Assembly: GCF_006345805.1 (NCBI RefSeq)
Contig: NC_043006.1
Location: 82,708,001-82,772,000 of the forward strand
Length of the DNA: 64,000 bases
Origin: Octopus sinensis
Taxonomy: Eukaryota
Reading direction: 5' to 3'
The first letter of the stretch is position 1. Each line of letters starts with the position of its first letter. Positions 62,790 through 64,000 of this stretch are shown here, one piece after another. Made by a program: the position numbers and the translations under genes. The notes below the pieces were generated by a model that saw nothing but the letters and a program-made list of their open reading frames with translations, did not search any database and had not been told where the DNA came from.

Positions 62790-63665
62790 TTGCGAAACAT
62801 CAGTCAGCTCACAATGGAATTTAACCGTAACCAACTACCCTTCTTAGACATTTTGATTATTAAGAATGATACGAACAAAGAAACCGACATCTGTTACAAA
62901 CCTTCGGGCTCTAAAGAGTACATACTAATTTCTTCATACCACCCAAAACATAAAACACAATATTCCATTTAACCTAACTTGAAAGATCTAATCAGTAGTT
63001 TCCAATCTAGATGTTTAGAATAAAAGACTCCTTGAAGTAAAGTAGGCTCTCTATGAAAGAACGTACTCGTCTACAAGGGAATAAGGAATAGAATAGAACG
63101 CGCCAAAGCAATAGACATTGAGGAATTAAGAAAAGCATTATCCATCAAAATATACCGTTAGTGAGCTAAGACTGAAGAATGAAAAAGGCACGTGAAGCAT
63201 ACAAAATAACCAAATGCAAAGTCAACCAGAGTCCCTTAAAAATGTCTTACCAATGCAGAACTACCAGCTACGGGTACAACTCTAATAGTTAAAAGGTGTG
63301 GCCGATCCAGCTGTAGAACTTCTGAAAACCTTGAGGACACGACTAAGACATTTAGATCAGGAAAAAGTTTTATTGTAAAAAACCACTTGACATGTTTTTC
63401 AAAGAATTTAAATTCGATGCAGGACTACATTGGACAAACTAAACTCACATTAAGAACGAGACTAAATATTCACCGTCAACAAGTATATTACCCCCCAAAA
63501 CAAAACAAATTCCACTTAATGAACTCCTGGACACACATGCAAAAACCATGTCTCCTAAAATTTTTGTCTTCCCGCATTAATGTGTAGAGAATACTCCAGA
63601 CCAAATAAGAATTAATAAGGAACGTGCTTTCTTTCAAGAATACAAGCCACTGTTGAACGGATTAT
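62790..63665 (+). mobile_element. Highly degenerate PLE fragment (RT thumb + GIY-YIG)
   Basis: QLPFLDILI...TDICYKP...SYHPKH, DYIGQTKLTLRTRLNIHRQ, and a KPLLN end. Confidence 0.8.
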
Positions 63666-64000
63666 AAAAAATCATCAGTAATACAAAATTCTCCGTTTTT
63701 CCTATGAATTAATTATTGTAGAATATCTACCTGGGTTAGTTTTAAAGACAACAAAGTTTCATGTAGGAGGTTTCATCTATCTTATTTACTCCGCACCTTG
63801 TTATCTTACTTTCTCCAACAGCTTAATTACTGTAGAGTGTCTACTTGGGTATTTTGGGAGAACTTAACAAAGAGACACCCAATTGAAATGCAATTGTTAT
63901 TCAATATTGCTACCGAACCTGGTGAAAAATTCACGTTATATCCTAATGTTGGATAATCTAACGAAGCAGGGGAAAAGAAAGTATTTACACGACGCACTAC

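Overview
AT-rich, microsatellite-dense eukaryotic DNA. It is most likely cephalopod/Octopus, inferred from the SINE families. One host gene is supported: five phase-consistent GT-AG exons of a METTL24-like methyltransferase (53684-60399, +), whose 5' exon(s) I could not find. The rest is mostly transposable elements: CR1/L2-group, RTE, R4/Dong, HERO and Tx1/L1 LINEs, Penelope-like elements (PLEs), mariner, Tc1 and maT transposons, SINEs, and one complete Ty3/Gypsy-type LTR element. Three things stand out. (1) A 4.9-kb array of about 8.9 near-identical ~549-bp units each carries a minimal type I hammerhead ribozyme (retrozyme-like), and about nine other hammerhead motifs of different families are scattered across the window. 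(2) The LTR element's primer-binding site has no TGG and is instead the exact complement of the first 12 nt (5' end) of eukaryotic tRNA-Phe, flush with the LTR. (3) Two independent RTE LINEs show 5'-inversion (twin-priming) geometry. All alignments and folds were done by eye, so TE boundaries are approximate and ribozyme activity is untested.
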